Below, in pieces: positions 50,859-60,746 of a stretch of DNA of 64,000 bases. The stretch covers positions 1-64,000 of the forward strand of contig JBHLLG010000007.1 in the NCBI GenBank assembly GCA_048885925.1, written 5' to 3'. Source of the stretch: Candidatus Hermodarchaeota archaeon. Lineage in GTDB: Archaea; Asgardarchaeota; Lokiarchaeia; Sigyniarchaeales; SOKP01. The translations under genes were made by a program, and so were the position numbers. Within the stretch, counting starts at the first letter, position 1. Each line of letters begins with the position of its first letter. The notes below the pieces were generated by a model. It was not told the origin of the DNA, did not search any database, and saw only the letters and a program-made list of their open reading frames with translations.

Positions 50859-52199
50859 ATGAATGAAAGTGAAGAAGCATCAGATTTAAAAGATGTAATT
50901 ACTTCAGGTCCTCCAGTTGCAGGATTAGTTGCTCCTTCTAGAGAAAACCTCATTAAACCCTCAACAAAGTTGAAGGATAAATACTCATATGAGCGTTGTA
51001 CCCATTGTGGATATTGTCGTCATGTTTGTAAGGTGTATAATGTATCTTGGAGTGAAACGGATTATGCTGGTGGTCGTAATAGAATAATTAAAGCATTAGA
51101 TCGCAAAGATGTAAAATTTGATCGTGAAGAAATCATTCCTTCTGTTTTTCGTTGTATGTTATGTGGAAATTGCCAAGAAGTTTGTCCAGTTGGAGTTGAA
51201 ACTTTGAGTGTTTTTCAACACTTACGCAAACAAGTTGTTAAAAAGGGAGCTATACCCGCAAAGTTAAAAATCCTTAAAAATTCGATATTAGAAAATAACA
51301 ATCCCTTCCTTGAACAACATGTAGATCGATTTAATTGGTGTGAATCATGTGAAGAAGGCGCAAGAGCATATTCACGCGCAAAAGATAAGTTTGATGCCTT
51401 AAAAGAAGAAAAACCTTATACTGTGGGTTATTTTGTCGGTTGCACTTCTTCTTACAGGAATAAAGAATTAGTTTCATCTACGAGTAAAGTTTTAGAGAAA
51501 TTGGGTATTGAGTTTGTTGTTTTTCCCGATGAACAATGTTGTGGTTCAGTTTTATTTCGAACCGGATTAGAAAATGCCGCTCTTAAACTTGTAAAACATA
51601 ACTATAAAATGATCCGTAAAAGTGGTGTAAAAGAAGTCGTATTTTCATGTTCTGGTTGCTTCTCGACATTTAATCTCGAATACTCACGATTAATCGATCA
51701 TCAACTTGAATTTAACCTTTACCATCTTACTCAATTCGTTTTGAAAACTGTGAAAGAAAAGAATCTTAAAATTAGATATACAAAACGTTCAAAAGATGAC
51801 CCATTACTTATTACATACCATGATCCCTGTCACTTAGGTAGATATTGTGGAGTTTATGAAGAACCCCGAGAACTAATAAAAATGATTGAAGGAGTAAAGC
51901 TTTTCGAGATGAAACATAACCGAAATATGTCTTGGTGTTGTGGTGCTGGAGGTGGTGTGAAAGCGCTTTATGGTGATATCGCAGTTGAGGTAGGTAGGGA
52001 TAGATTAAATGAAACTCGTGCTTGTATGATACGAATTCGTGAGGATCGTCTTAAAGAAGCGTTAGAAACCAGTGCCGAGGTTCTTGTCAGTTCTTGTGTT
52101 TTTTGTAAGAATAATCTATTCGAAGTAGCAAATGAAGATAATTCTCCAATAAAAGTTATGGACATTTCTCAACTTTTAGTCGATTGTGAATTTTATTAA
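50859..52199 (+). CDS. Fe-S oxidoreductase, GlpC/GlcF/HdrD-like (two [4Fe-4S] motifs + two CCG domains)
   Basis: CTHCGYCRHVC, CMLCGNCQEVCP, YFVGC, EQCCG, CSGC, YHDPCHLGR, CCGAGGG, SCVFC. Confidence 0.92.
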   Translation: MNESEEASDLKDVITSGPPVAGLVAPSRENLIKPSTKLKDKYSYERCTHCGYCRHVCKVYNVSWSETDYAGGRNRIIKALDRKDVKFDREEIIPSVFRCMLCGNCQEVCPVGVETLSVFQHLRKQVVKKGAIPAKLKILKNSILENNNPFLEQHVDRFNWCESCEEGARAYSRAKDKFDALKEEKPYTVGYFVGCTSSYRNKELVSSTSKVLEKLGIEFVVFPDEQCCGSVLFRTGLENAALKLVKHNYKMIRKSGVKEVVFSCSGCFSTFNLEYSRLIDHQLEFNLYHLTQFVLKTVKEKNLKIRYTKRSKDDPLLITYHDPCHLGRYCGVYEEPRELIKMIEGVKLFEMKHNRNMSWCCGAGGGVKALYGDIAVEVGRDRLNETRACMIRIREDRLKEALETSAEVLVSSCVFCKNNLFEVANEDNSPIKVMDISQLLVDCEFY

Positions 52200-52276
52200 A
52201 AAAATTAATGAATTTATCCCAAATCGTAAGATTTTCTCAAAAATATTCGATAATTAAATCATAATTATTTATTTCC

Positions 52277-52669
52277 TTACGTTTTATTTATTGGTTCAAA
52301 TCCAATAATGTGAGGAGAGTCAATAATTTTACCCTTTGCCCATACAACTTTGACTGTCATACCGATTTTTAAATTTTTTTTTGTTGTATTTAATATAGGC
52401 ATTATAATTGGAGTATCAGACTTATCAACTTGAACCAATCCATATAATTCTTTATTATGTTTGACTTCTTTTCTTTTTATTGAACTTCCCGAATTTATAT
52501 AATTTTTTAAAACGCCAGTCTCTGGTAATTCTATGAGTTCATCAGTATCTTCTAAACAATTTTGACATTTACTTTTAGGAGGAAAGTACACTTTTTTACA
52601 TTTAGAACATTTAGAACCATAAATTATCTTATCATCTAATCCGCTATAGAATTCCTTTAATATATACAT
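52277..52669 (-). CDS. DUF35-family Zn-ribbon/OB-fold protein
   Basis: GSKCSKCKKVYFPPKSKCQNC; LKIGMTVKVVW. Confidence 0.88.
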   Translation of the reverse strand: MYILKEFYSGLDDKIIYGSKCSKCKKVYFPPKSKCQNCLEDTDELIELPETGVLKNYINSGSSIKRKEVKHNKELYGLVQVDKSDTPIIMPILNTTKKNLKIGMTVKVVWAKGKIIDSPHIIGFEPINKT

Positions 52670-53001
52670 ATTTGTAGAAGATTAAGATAAACCTAAAGTT
52701 ATTTTGTTCAGAACATTAAAGACAATAAAAATATTAAAAAGTTTCGATCTTAAACTTTTATAATAATTTTTGTTTAAAGATAGGAAATCTACATGATTCT
52801 CATAGAACTTAAAAATAAATATTGTGATCTTTCTTTTCTTTATCTAGTAGCATTTTTTGTATATAAAAATAGGGAGTTTCATTTTTTTACTATTTAGAGA
52901 GATTTGCAAATTTGAATTGGGTTTTAATACAATTTCTGTTAGAGAAATTAAATAATTATTTTAAAACTTAGTTTTTCAATTGATTTAAGTTTACTAATTG
53001 A

Positions 53002-54987
53002 TTAAGGTATATATTGAAATTTATTTCCATCTAACTTCATTTCTTGATTAGATAATAACAATTTTATTGATTTAGGAAGATAAGAAATTTTATTACCAAT
53101 AAGAATTAACTTTTCAAGGAAATTCAGCAAACCAATTGAATTTGGAATCTTTTCCAATTGATTATCACTTAAATTAAAGATCCTAAGAGATGTTAATTTA
53201 CCAATGTTTTCAGGCAGAATTTCTAATTTATTATGAGAAACATCTAAAAATTCAAGTGAAGAAAGTGAGCATATTGAATCTGGCAATTTTTGTATTTTAT
53301 TATTATTTAAATTTAAGTATTTAAGCTTAAATAGAGATCCAATAGAATTAGGTAGTTCATCTATTTTATTCCAACCCAATTTCAGAATTTCTAGTGATTC
53401 ATGCAAACCTATAAATTCAGGAAGCATTTTAAGCTTATTATCTTCTAAACTTAATATTTTGAGGGATGAGATGGAACTTATTGAGCTAGGAATTTTTTCT
53501 AAATTATTATTATCTAAGTTAAGATTTTCAAGGGAATAGAGTAATCCAATTGACCGTGGAAGATTCTTTATTTTGTTATAGTTTAAATTTAATGATTTAA
53601 GATTTTTAAGAGCTCCTATCGAGGATGGAATTTTCTGAAAAGTATTTTTGCTAGCATTAAGTTCTTTTAATGATGTAAGACGCCCAATTGATATCGGGAA
53701 ATCGGATATATTATTTGTCTCTAAATTTAAATATTGGAGAGTCGAGAGGTTTCCTATTGAAGAGGGTAATTTGTATAATTTATTATAACTCAAATTTAAA
53801 GATTTTAACGCTTTAAGAGAACAAATAGATTTTGGGATAGTTTTTAAGTTGTTGTTTTTTAAATCCAAATGTTTTAAATGATCGAATGATCCTATTGATT
53901 CAGGAAGATTGCCTAGTCTACATCCTTTTAATATTAAAGAGCAAAGCGATTGGAAATATTTAATAAAATCTGTTATTACTGTTAAAGGTTCGTTTTCAAT
54001 ACAAATTGAAATAACTTCTCCCTTCTCTATATTATACTCGACAGAAGGGTATTTCTTTTTGAAAAAAGCCAAAGTTAAATAATTTCTTAGAATGTCTGAT
54101 AATTTGGAAACTGAAAAATTTTCGAGTTTTTGATGAAATTTTAATAATTCATTAATTGATGACCTATATTTTGTATCAGATATTTTATCAATTTGAGTTA
54201 TCAGAACATTCTTCGCAGTATTATTATTTAACCTTTCAAGAGCTTCTATTAATGCAATTGCATTTTTAAAGGTGAATTCATTCTTTAGAATCCATTCTAC
54301 TTTGAAAAATTCTATTTTCTTTAAATATTTTAAATTTTTTATTCCTATTATATCAGAACACTCTTCTAAAGATTCCCTATCACGCCAATTAATGATTTGA
54401 TTATCTACATTTGAAAAATCTAGATCAGTTATAAATCCATTTTCAATTCTATAATTTATTTTCTCAAATTTATTTTTCAATCTATTAATACTTATTAGAT
54501 TGATGAGTATTTCTACAAAATTCTCAGAGGAATTTTGTATAACTAAATTTTGAGTAGATAGGGGAATAGTTTCATTAAAGATTTTTTCATTAGATAGTTT
54601 TTTTATTTCATCCAATAATATCAAGATAATTTTATAATCTCTTATTTCCTCCAAAGATTTAATTATTATAATTAGACATTCATACGAAGATTCATGTTGA
54701 AGAGCCCAAATAAATGGATTTAAGGCTTTTTTGATGAATTTATCTTTTAATACTTGAGCTGCAGAATACCGTAAATTTTGATTTGATTCAGAGATTAATA
54801 TCTGTTCTAGAATTTTAAAAATTTTTGAATGTTTAAAATCGATTTTATTTAATGTATCAATACTAATTTTTCTAATTATATCATCATCGACATTTTCAAT
54901 TAGAGTAATTAACAAATCTATAGTTTCAATTTTACTTGTCTTTCCATTTATGAAATTTTCATAAATTTTTCTTGGCGTTAACTCCAT
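53002..54987 (-). CDS. HEAT-repeat + leucine-rich repeat protein
   Basis: N-terminal HEAT-like helices; about 13 tandem 23-aa LRRs of the form LPxSIGxLxxLxxLNLxxNxL. Confidence 0.92.
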   Translation of the reverse strand: MELTPRKIYENFINGKTSKIETIDLLITLIENVDDDIIRKISIDTLNKIDFKHSKIFKILEQILISESNQNLRYSAAQVLKDKFIKKALNPFIWALQHESSYECLIIIIKSLEEIRDYKIILILLDEIKKLSNEKIFNETIPLSTQNLVIQNSSENFVEILINLISINRLKNKFEKINYRIENGFITDLDFSNVDNQIINWRDRESLEECSDIIGIKNLKYLKKIEFFKVEWILKNEFTFKNAIALIEALERLNNNTAKNVLITQIDKISDTKYRSSINELLKFHQKLENFSVSKLSDILRNYLTLAFFKKKYPSVEYNIEKGEVISICIENEPLTVITDFIKYFQSLCSLILKGCRLGNLPESIGSFDHLKHLDLKNNNLKTIPKSICSLKALKSLNLSYNKLYKLPSSIGNLSTLQYLNLETNNISDFPISIGRLTSLKELNASKNTFQKIPSSIGALKNLKSLNLNYNKIKNLPRSIGLLYSLENLNLDNNNLEKIPSSISSISSLKILSLEDNKLKMLPEFIGLHESLEILKLGWNKIDELPNSIGSLFKLKYLNLNNNKIQKLPDSICSLSSLEFLDVSHNKLEILPENIGKLTSLRIFNLSDNQLEKIPNSIGLLNFLEKLILIGNKISYLPKSIKLLLSNQEMKLDGNKFQYIP

Positions 54988-55161
54988 TTTAAAAAAATTA
55001 AGATTTATTTTAGATTATTTTTTGCTTTATCAAGATCACTTTGAATATTCTTTGATCTCCTCTCCCCAAAAAAGAAAAAATATATTTTTAAATATCATTT
55101 ACTGCCAAAAACTGAACATAATCTGATTTGGTATAAATGTAAATTCAACCTTATTAATATC

Positions 55162-55362
55162 TTATCGCATTTCAACATTCAACAGATTAGAATAAACTTC
55201 TTTCCCGTTTTTCTTTGTAATGGAAAATTTTAAATGAGGTGTTCCTGCTAAGAGTAGTCTGAAATATTGATCAATATTTTCTTTTCCTTCAATATCGAAA
55301 TCAGGTACTGATATTTTTTCCTCTTGTTCATGTTTATCTTCTACTAATGATACTTCAACCAT
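55162..55362 (-). CDS. Small hypothetical protein under a dual-box promoter
   Basis: 66-aa ORF; AAAAGGT SD-like sequence and the regulon promoter upstream. Confidence 0.65.
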   Translation of the reverse strand: MVEVSLVEDKHEQEEKISVPDFDIEGKENIDQYFRLLLAGTPHLKFSITKKNGKEVYSNLLNVEMR

Positions 55363-55456
55363 ACATTTTCAACCTTTTATTTTAAATTATATTTAAATTT
55401 ATTACCTAGAATTAAGATCGAATGTATTATATATAAATTTATCTGTTTAACGTTAA

Positions 55457-55525
55457 TATAAACAACACAATCGACTCCAGTTTCAATTTGCCACAACATT
55501 ATATACAAAAGTTTAAATTTGAAAA
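55457..55525 (-). promoter_or_regulatory. Dual-box promoter of the 66-aa gene
   Basis: + strand GTTTAA-ATT-TGAAAA (55511), GTTTCA-ATT-TGCCAC (55480), 17 nt, TTTATA on the minus strand (55457-55462). Confidence 0.65.
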
Positions 55526-55989
55526 TTAAACTAGATGCAAATTATGATTTATGATAATTATTTTTGGAGATATGATCAATCCCCAACATTTTTAAGTCTT
55601 TTATAATAAATTCCGATCTTTTACATTAAAAAAATATTCCAATTCTTTATAAAATATAGGTTATTAATTAAAAAGGGTAAAATTAGATATTAAAATCAAA
55701 GTTTAAAATTAACACTGTGAATTGATTCGATTTAATTTTTTTAATCTTTGGATACATATTCTAATCACTTTTTAATTAAAAATTAGATTTTATAATTAAC
55801 TCTTTTAGTTTGACTGAATATTCCCATAAAAAAGTTTTTCACCCCAAAATGCACAAATGTTAAACTTCTATTATCCTTTCCTCTTGTAATGCTTAGAAAT
55901 TTTTTGAAGATTGATTTAGTTCGTATTTCCGTGTTTATATAATTGTTAATTTCTCTAAGTTCCTTTGAATAATAGTTGATTAAATTATT

Positions 55990-56226
55990 TTGCCAACTAT
56001 TTACCCAAATAAAGCAAACGCCCCATGTTTAGGATGTTATGGTCCTCCAAGTGGAATAAAAGATCAAGGTATGAAATTCATAAATACGTTAGGATATTTA
56101 TGCACGGATCTTAATTCTGATGAAATTACAATTTTTATTAAAATTCCAGCCTACTTATTTAATAGATTTACACTAGCAAACAGTCTATTGAAACATAAAT
56201 ATTCTGATAATATCTACGGTACTTAA
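55990..56226 (+). pseudogene. C-terminal fragment of an MvhG-type hydrogenase small subunit
   Basis: NAPCLGCYGPP...DQG...FNRFTLA matches the end of VhuG (NAPCTGCYG...FEKFTLA); no N-terminal part seen upstream. Confidence 0.7.
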
Positions 56227-56400
56227 TCATCTGATCTTTCTATTTTACATTCATAAAGTTATTTTTTATTTTATGATAAAAGAAAATAGTCTATCTCGTT
56301 AAAACAACATAAGATTCATCATTTTTAAGTCGATTAAAAAAAGTTTTATATATCCAAACACCTAAATTAAATTAATTTAAAATAATTATTAGAGATTGTT

Positions 56401-57207
56401 ATGGTATTCAATCCACTTGGTGAAGGATTGGCTATTTTATGGGATTTTATTGCTTTATTTATCTCGCTTATTTCAGTATTAATGGTAGTACAGCTAAATG
56501 CCGTAATTCAAAAGAGTGGGAAAGTATCTACAATAGTTACAAGAAAACTGGTACACATATTTGCTGGACCTGTATTTATTTTTACTTGGTTACTTTTTAC
56601 TGGAAAAATTTTTAGTCGTTATATTGCCCTAATAGTACCTATATTATTTGTTTTACAATTTATTGCAATAGGAACGGGCAAAATAAAAAATGAAAGTTTT
56701 GTTGCATCGATGTCCCGAACTGGAGATCCCAAAGAATTACTCGGGGGAACACTATACTATGCGATTATTATGGTATTTATGACAATATTATGGTTTTATG
56801 TTCCTTCAAGTAGTATTGAAAATGGGAATCCAACTGCATTGTTTATCATTGGCTGTCTTTCTGGTGGTGATGGTTTAGCGGATATTATTGGACGAAAATA
56901 TGGTGGTGAAAGGAAGTTTGGAATTGGAAGAAGCGAAAAAACTCTTGCCGGTACTTTAGGAATGTTTTGTGGTTCATTTTTAGTAAGCCTAGTTTTAATT
57001 CTAATCTTTTCTTTGGAGGTTTCGAATCTAAATGTGATTTTGCTTTTAACACCATTATTAATAATCAGTTTAATTGCAACAATAGTGGAAGCATTATCAC
57101 CAAAGGGTATTGACAATTGGACGATCTTTATATCAGTAATTGTCGTGATTCTTATAATCTCGATTTTCCTCCCTAAATTTTGGCCATATTCCTTTTTTAG
57201 TTTTTAA
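56401..57207 (+). CDS. Phytol/farnesol/dolichol kinase-family membrane protein
   Basis: TRKLVHIFAGP, SMSRTGDPKELLGGTLYY, GGDGLADIIGRKYG, KTLAG, IDNW. Confidence 0.88.
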   Translation: MVFNPLGEGLAILWDFIALFISLISVLMVVQLNAVIQKSGKVSTIVTRKLVHIFAGPVFIFTWLLFTGKIFSRYIALIVPILFVLQFIAIGTGKIKNESFVASMSRTGDPKELLGGTLYYAIIMVFMTILWFYVPSSSIENGNPTALFIIGCLSGGDGLADIIGRKYGGERKFGIGRSEKTLAGTLGMFCGSFLVSLVLILIFSLEVSNLNVILLLTPLLIISLIATIVEALSPKGIDNWTIFISVIVVILIISIFLPKFWPYSFFSF

Positions 57208-57228
57208 AAATAATCTATAAGTTTTACA

Positions 57229-58044
57229 ATGAACAAAAAGATTATAGTGTTGAAGCTTGGAGGTTCTCTTTTAACAGATAAATCAATTCCCTTTAAATTA
57301 AGAGATAATATCTTAAACTCAGTAGTAAAAGAAATAAAAGAATGCATTGATTTAGGATTAATTGAAGAACTTGTAGTAATTCATGGTGTTGGTTCTTATG
57401 GACACCCTCCTGTATTAAAATATAATCTACATAAAGGATTTAAGAGTCCAAGCCAATTAATCCCTCTTTCAGAAACTCAATACATAGTTAATAATTATCG
57501 AAATATGATAGCTAAATCATTTCTAGATCTTGATATTCCTATTAACCTTATGCATGCTTCTTCAATAATCGTAGGTGAAAGTATGAAAATAACTGACTAT
57601 TACTTCAAGGCTTTACGAGGATATTTATCCTTGGGAATGGTGCCACTTATCGGAGGTGATATGATGTATGATAAAAATATGGGATTTAGTGTCTGTGGAG
57701 GAGATCAATTAGCAGTTATAATTTCACGCGAAATTGGGGCAGAGTATTTAATATTCGCAACTGATGTACTTGGAATATATGATAAAGATCCAAAAGATAA
57801 TCCTAATGCTTTATTACTTAAAGAAATTAATATCAATGAAATTGAACAGCTACTTGAAAGAAAAGAAGTGGTAAATAAAATCGATGCCAGTGGAGGGATG
57901 AGAGGTAAGTTGATTTCTCTTATCTCAGCGAAGGATCTGATTAAAAAAGGACTAAAAGTGTCGGTAATATCTATGATAAAGAGGGATACGCTTAAAAATT
58001 ACTTACAAGAACAAGATATTAATGTAACTAAAATAGTTTTTTGA
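57229..58044 (+). CDS. ipk: Isopentenyl phosphate kinase (amino acid kinase family)
   Basis: LKLGGSLLTDK, IHGVGSYGH (IPK His), GD, GGDQ, DASGGMRGK. Confidence 0.88.
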   Translation: MNKKIIVLKLGGSLLTDKSIPFKLRDNILNSVVKEIKECIDLGLIEELVVIHGVGSYGHPPVLKYNLHKGFKSPSQLIPLSETQYIVNNYRNMIAKSFLDLDIPINLMHASSIIVGESMKITDYYFKALRGYLSLGMVPLIGGDMMYDKNMGFSVCGGDQLAVIISREIGAEYLIFATDVLGIYDKDPKDNPNALLLKEININEIEQLLERKEVVNKIDASGGMRGKLISLISAKDLIKKGLKVSVISMIKRDTLKNYLQEQDINVTKIVF

Positions 58045-58124
58045 TACGTACGAATTTTTATTATGATCAAGTACGGAACAGGTATAAATTTAGATTAAAG
58101 GAAAAATCTGTTTTTAAAGATTTT

Positions 58125-58445
58125 CTAATTTTTTATTTTTTTAAATAGATGCCGAAATCCCATGATTGGGTGAGTATATATCATGCGAGGACCGGCATAT
58201 CGCATTACTTTTCGCACTTTCTCTCTCATTTTCGGATTATAACAATGAATCGGGCATTTCTCACATGTGGGTTTACTTTCACCAAAATGACAATTATCTA
58301 ATCTTTTATTGGCGTATTCGAAGAGTTCTAAACAATCTAAACAAAATTCTCTTTTAGGATCATGAGTATTTTTACAATACATCCTAACCATCGTTTTTAT
58401 TGTTATTCTTTCTTTATCTAAGCGACTTTTTGAAGAGTTCTTCAT
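58125..58445 (-). CDS. YgbA / nitrous oxide-stimulated promoter family protein
   Basis: MYC...CLDC..L.EYA..RLDNC...KPTCEKCPIHCY...VMRYAGPRM. Confidence 0.92.
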   Translation of the reverse strand: MKNSSKSRLDKERITIKTMVRMYCKNTHDPKREFCLDCLELFEYANKRLDNCHFGESKPTCEKCPIHCYNPKMREKVRKVMRYAGPRMIYTHPIMGFRHLFKKIKN

Positions 58446-58618
58446 AGAATCAAATGATATAATTGAAAGTTTTATAATAATTTACTTAAAAAAAAATAAT
58501 TTCAATATATTAGAAAAATTAATTTTATTTTAGTCTAATACTTTTAATTTATAAAATTAAGTTTAACTTAAAGTAAAGATTATTTGATAAAACATACTGC
58601 ATTATCATAATAAAGCAT

Positions 58619-59803
58619 ATGGAAAATTTCAATCATAAAACATCAATAATTGAAAGAAAATACTTTTTGTTAGTACTAGCTTTAACATTTATAGTTAATT
58701 TTGATAGTACTGTTGTTATTCCTATAATATCTATTTATGCAACTAGTTTAGGTGCACCTATCATTCTTGCCTCTTTAATTGTTGGTATCTATTCGATTGT
58801 TCATATCCCCTCTAATATAATTGCGGGGAGATTTATTGACAGGATTGGAAGAAAAACTTTAATAGGGATTGGAGTAATGTTAGATGGTTTTTCAATTTTT
58901 TTGTATGCCTTAGCGAAAGAACCATACTTATTACTTTTTGCTAGAATTATCCATGGATTAGGTGGAGGTTTTGGGGGCCCAGGAACAATGGCATATCTCT
59001 CAGACGTAACACCAAAAGAAAGGAGTGGAAGGGGAATGGCTCTTTATGGGATCTCTTTCGGGATTTCGCTTCTGTTTGGATTTATGATTGGCGGAATGGG
59101 AGCACAAGCCATTGGATACAACAAATTTTTTATAATTGTTTCAATAGCTTTATTTGCTATGGCAGTCTCATCTTTATTTTTGCCTAAAGTTTATCATCCA
59201 GTTAAAGAAGAATTAAGTTTCAAGGAAGAATTAACAATTTTTAGAGAGATAATTGTTTCAAAGAAGATGATTCCTCCTTATCTAGCAATATTAGCATTAA
59301 ATTTTAATTTAGGCATAATCACTGCAACTTATTCTATTTTATTAGAGAATGTTGGTTATAGTCCCGGTCAAATAGGAATAACTTTTAGTGCTTTAGTCTT
59401 TCTTTCAATATTAGTTCACTATCCTTCAGGTTCATTTGGAGATAAAATTGGTCAAAGGAAAATAATGAATGTTGGATTGATATTTGCTTCTGCAGGATTT
59501 TTAGTTTTAATGATATCAACTTCATTTCCTTTTCCTATTTTAGGAATGATTGTCTTTGGGATTGGACATGGTATGATTTTTCCAACTTCAGCGGGGATTA
59601 TTAAGAATAATACAGAAGAGAAAAATTATGGGGTTGCTACAGGAACTTTTTATGCTTTAGTCGTTGCGGGAATAGCGATTGGAGCACCAATCTCAGGATT
59701 AATATTTGACTTATTAGGAGATACAGCTATGTTAGCCATGGGAATAATTGTTCCTATGTCCATAGCGATTATCCTACTTTTAATAACCAAAAGGTCTAAT
59801 TAA
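58619..59803 (+). CDS. MFS transporter
   Basis: Motif A GRFIDRIGRK, ARIIHGLGGG, GSFGDKIGQR; about 12 TM segments. Confidence 0.93.
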   Translation: MENFNHKTSIIERKYFLLVLALTFIVNFDSTVVIPIISIYATSLGAPIILASLIVGIYSIVHIPSNIIAGRFIDRIGRKTLIGIGVMLDGFSIFLYALAKEPYLLLFARIIHGLGGGFGGPGTMAYLSDVTPKERSGRGMALYGISFGISLLFGFMIGGMGAQAIGYNKFFIIVSIALFAMAVSSLFLPKVYHPVKEELSFKEELTIFREIIVSKKMIPPYLAILALNFNLGIITATYSILLENVGYSPGQIGITFSALVFLSILVHYPSGSFGDKIGQRKIMNVGLIFASAGFLVLMISTSFPFPILGMIVFGIGHGMIFPTSAGIIKNNTEEKNYGVATGTFYALVVAGIAIGAPISGLIFDLLGDTAMLAMGIIVPMSIAIILLLITKRSN

Positions 59804-59902
59804 TCTTCTTAAAATCAATATATCTTTAAATAAATTTCCAATTTTAACAGAATAGTATAATTAATTTTTCAAGAAAATAAAAGCAAAAAAGATAAAAAAA
59901 GT

Positions 59903-59921
59903 AACATTCCAATGGAATGTT
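59903..59921. terminator. Inverted repeat between convergent genes (possible bidirectional terminator)
   Basis: AACATTCCA-A-TGGAATGTT flanked by an A-run on the left and a T-rich tract on the right. Confidence 0.5.
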
Positions 59922-59959
59922 TTATTTAGATTTTAATTTAAACCGAATTAGTTAAGAAT

Positions 59960-60703
59960 TTACGATATTGTTCTTGTAAGAATTGAGCGTTGCTTAATTT
60001 GGTTGATAATAAGACCACTTGTCAACATCAAACTTCCCGTTATTGTTGTGACTATACCACCGATAAATTGAATCTCTATAGTTTCCCAGAAGTTAATTCC
60101 ATTGACTACATGTGCATCAGCTAAGAAACTCGTTCCGAGGAAAGAAACAAACGCTAACCAAAAAAAGAATATTGACATAAACATCAGCTGTTTTGCAATA
60201 TTCGTTGCCATCTTACTTCCTAGCCTCTCTCTCGTTATAAAATTTTTGACAGTGTGTCTTGTATAGGGCACAACTAAAATAACTAATAGTATGATTAAAA
60301 TTAGTAGGTTTATCAGAGTTCTTCCCCAATGAGGTGAACCAATACCCTCAAAAGGTTCCGTAAAATTCTTCGTATCCGCAATGAGTGCGGGAATTAATCC
60401 AAAAATAAATCCTACAGCACTAGTAGCTAAAGCTGCCCAATATGTCCATTTTTTACCAGTTAAATACATATAAATAACAAATCCCCAGACAAAACCAAAT
60501 ATCCATGTTATAATGTTGCTTGCTTGAAATAAAAGGAGATTATCAGCTACATAACCGAATGCCATACTATATGGCATAACATCATATCCTCCCCATGCTA
60601 CACACGCGGCACCATATGCACTTAAAAGCATAACTGCTCCTGCCATTGCAAAAAAAGCTAACAATATGATACTAATACCAAATTCAAATCTTTTTATTCT
60701 CAT
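59960..60703 (-). CDS. Multi-pass membrane protein of unknown function
   Basis: About 6 TM segments; GSPHWGR, DAHVV. Confidence 0.7.
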   Translation of the reverse strand: MRIKRFEFGISIILLAFFAMAGAVMLLSAYGAACVAWGGYDVMPYSMAFGYVADNLLLFQASNIITWIFGFVWGFVIYMYLTGKKWTYWAALATSAVGFIFGLIPALIADTKNFTEPFEGIGSPHWGRTLINLLILIILLVILVVPYTRHTVKNFITRERLGSKMATNIAKQLMFMSIFFFWLAFVSFLGTSFLADAHVVNGINFWETIEIQFIGGIVTTITGSLMLTSGLIINQIKQRSILTRTIS

Positions 60704-60746
60704 TTTTTAACACCTTTAATTGTTTATTTTTTTATTCTCTTTTAAT

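Noticed and set aside
55783-56030. Stop-free minus-strand frame of about 80 codons
   Set aside because: No suitable start codon near its 5' end, no recognisable motif, and it overlaps the mvhG relic.
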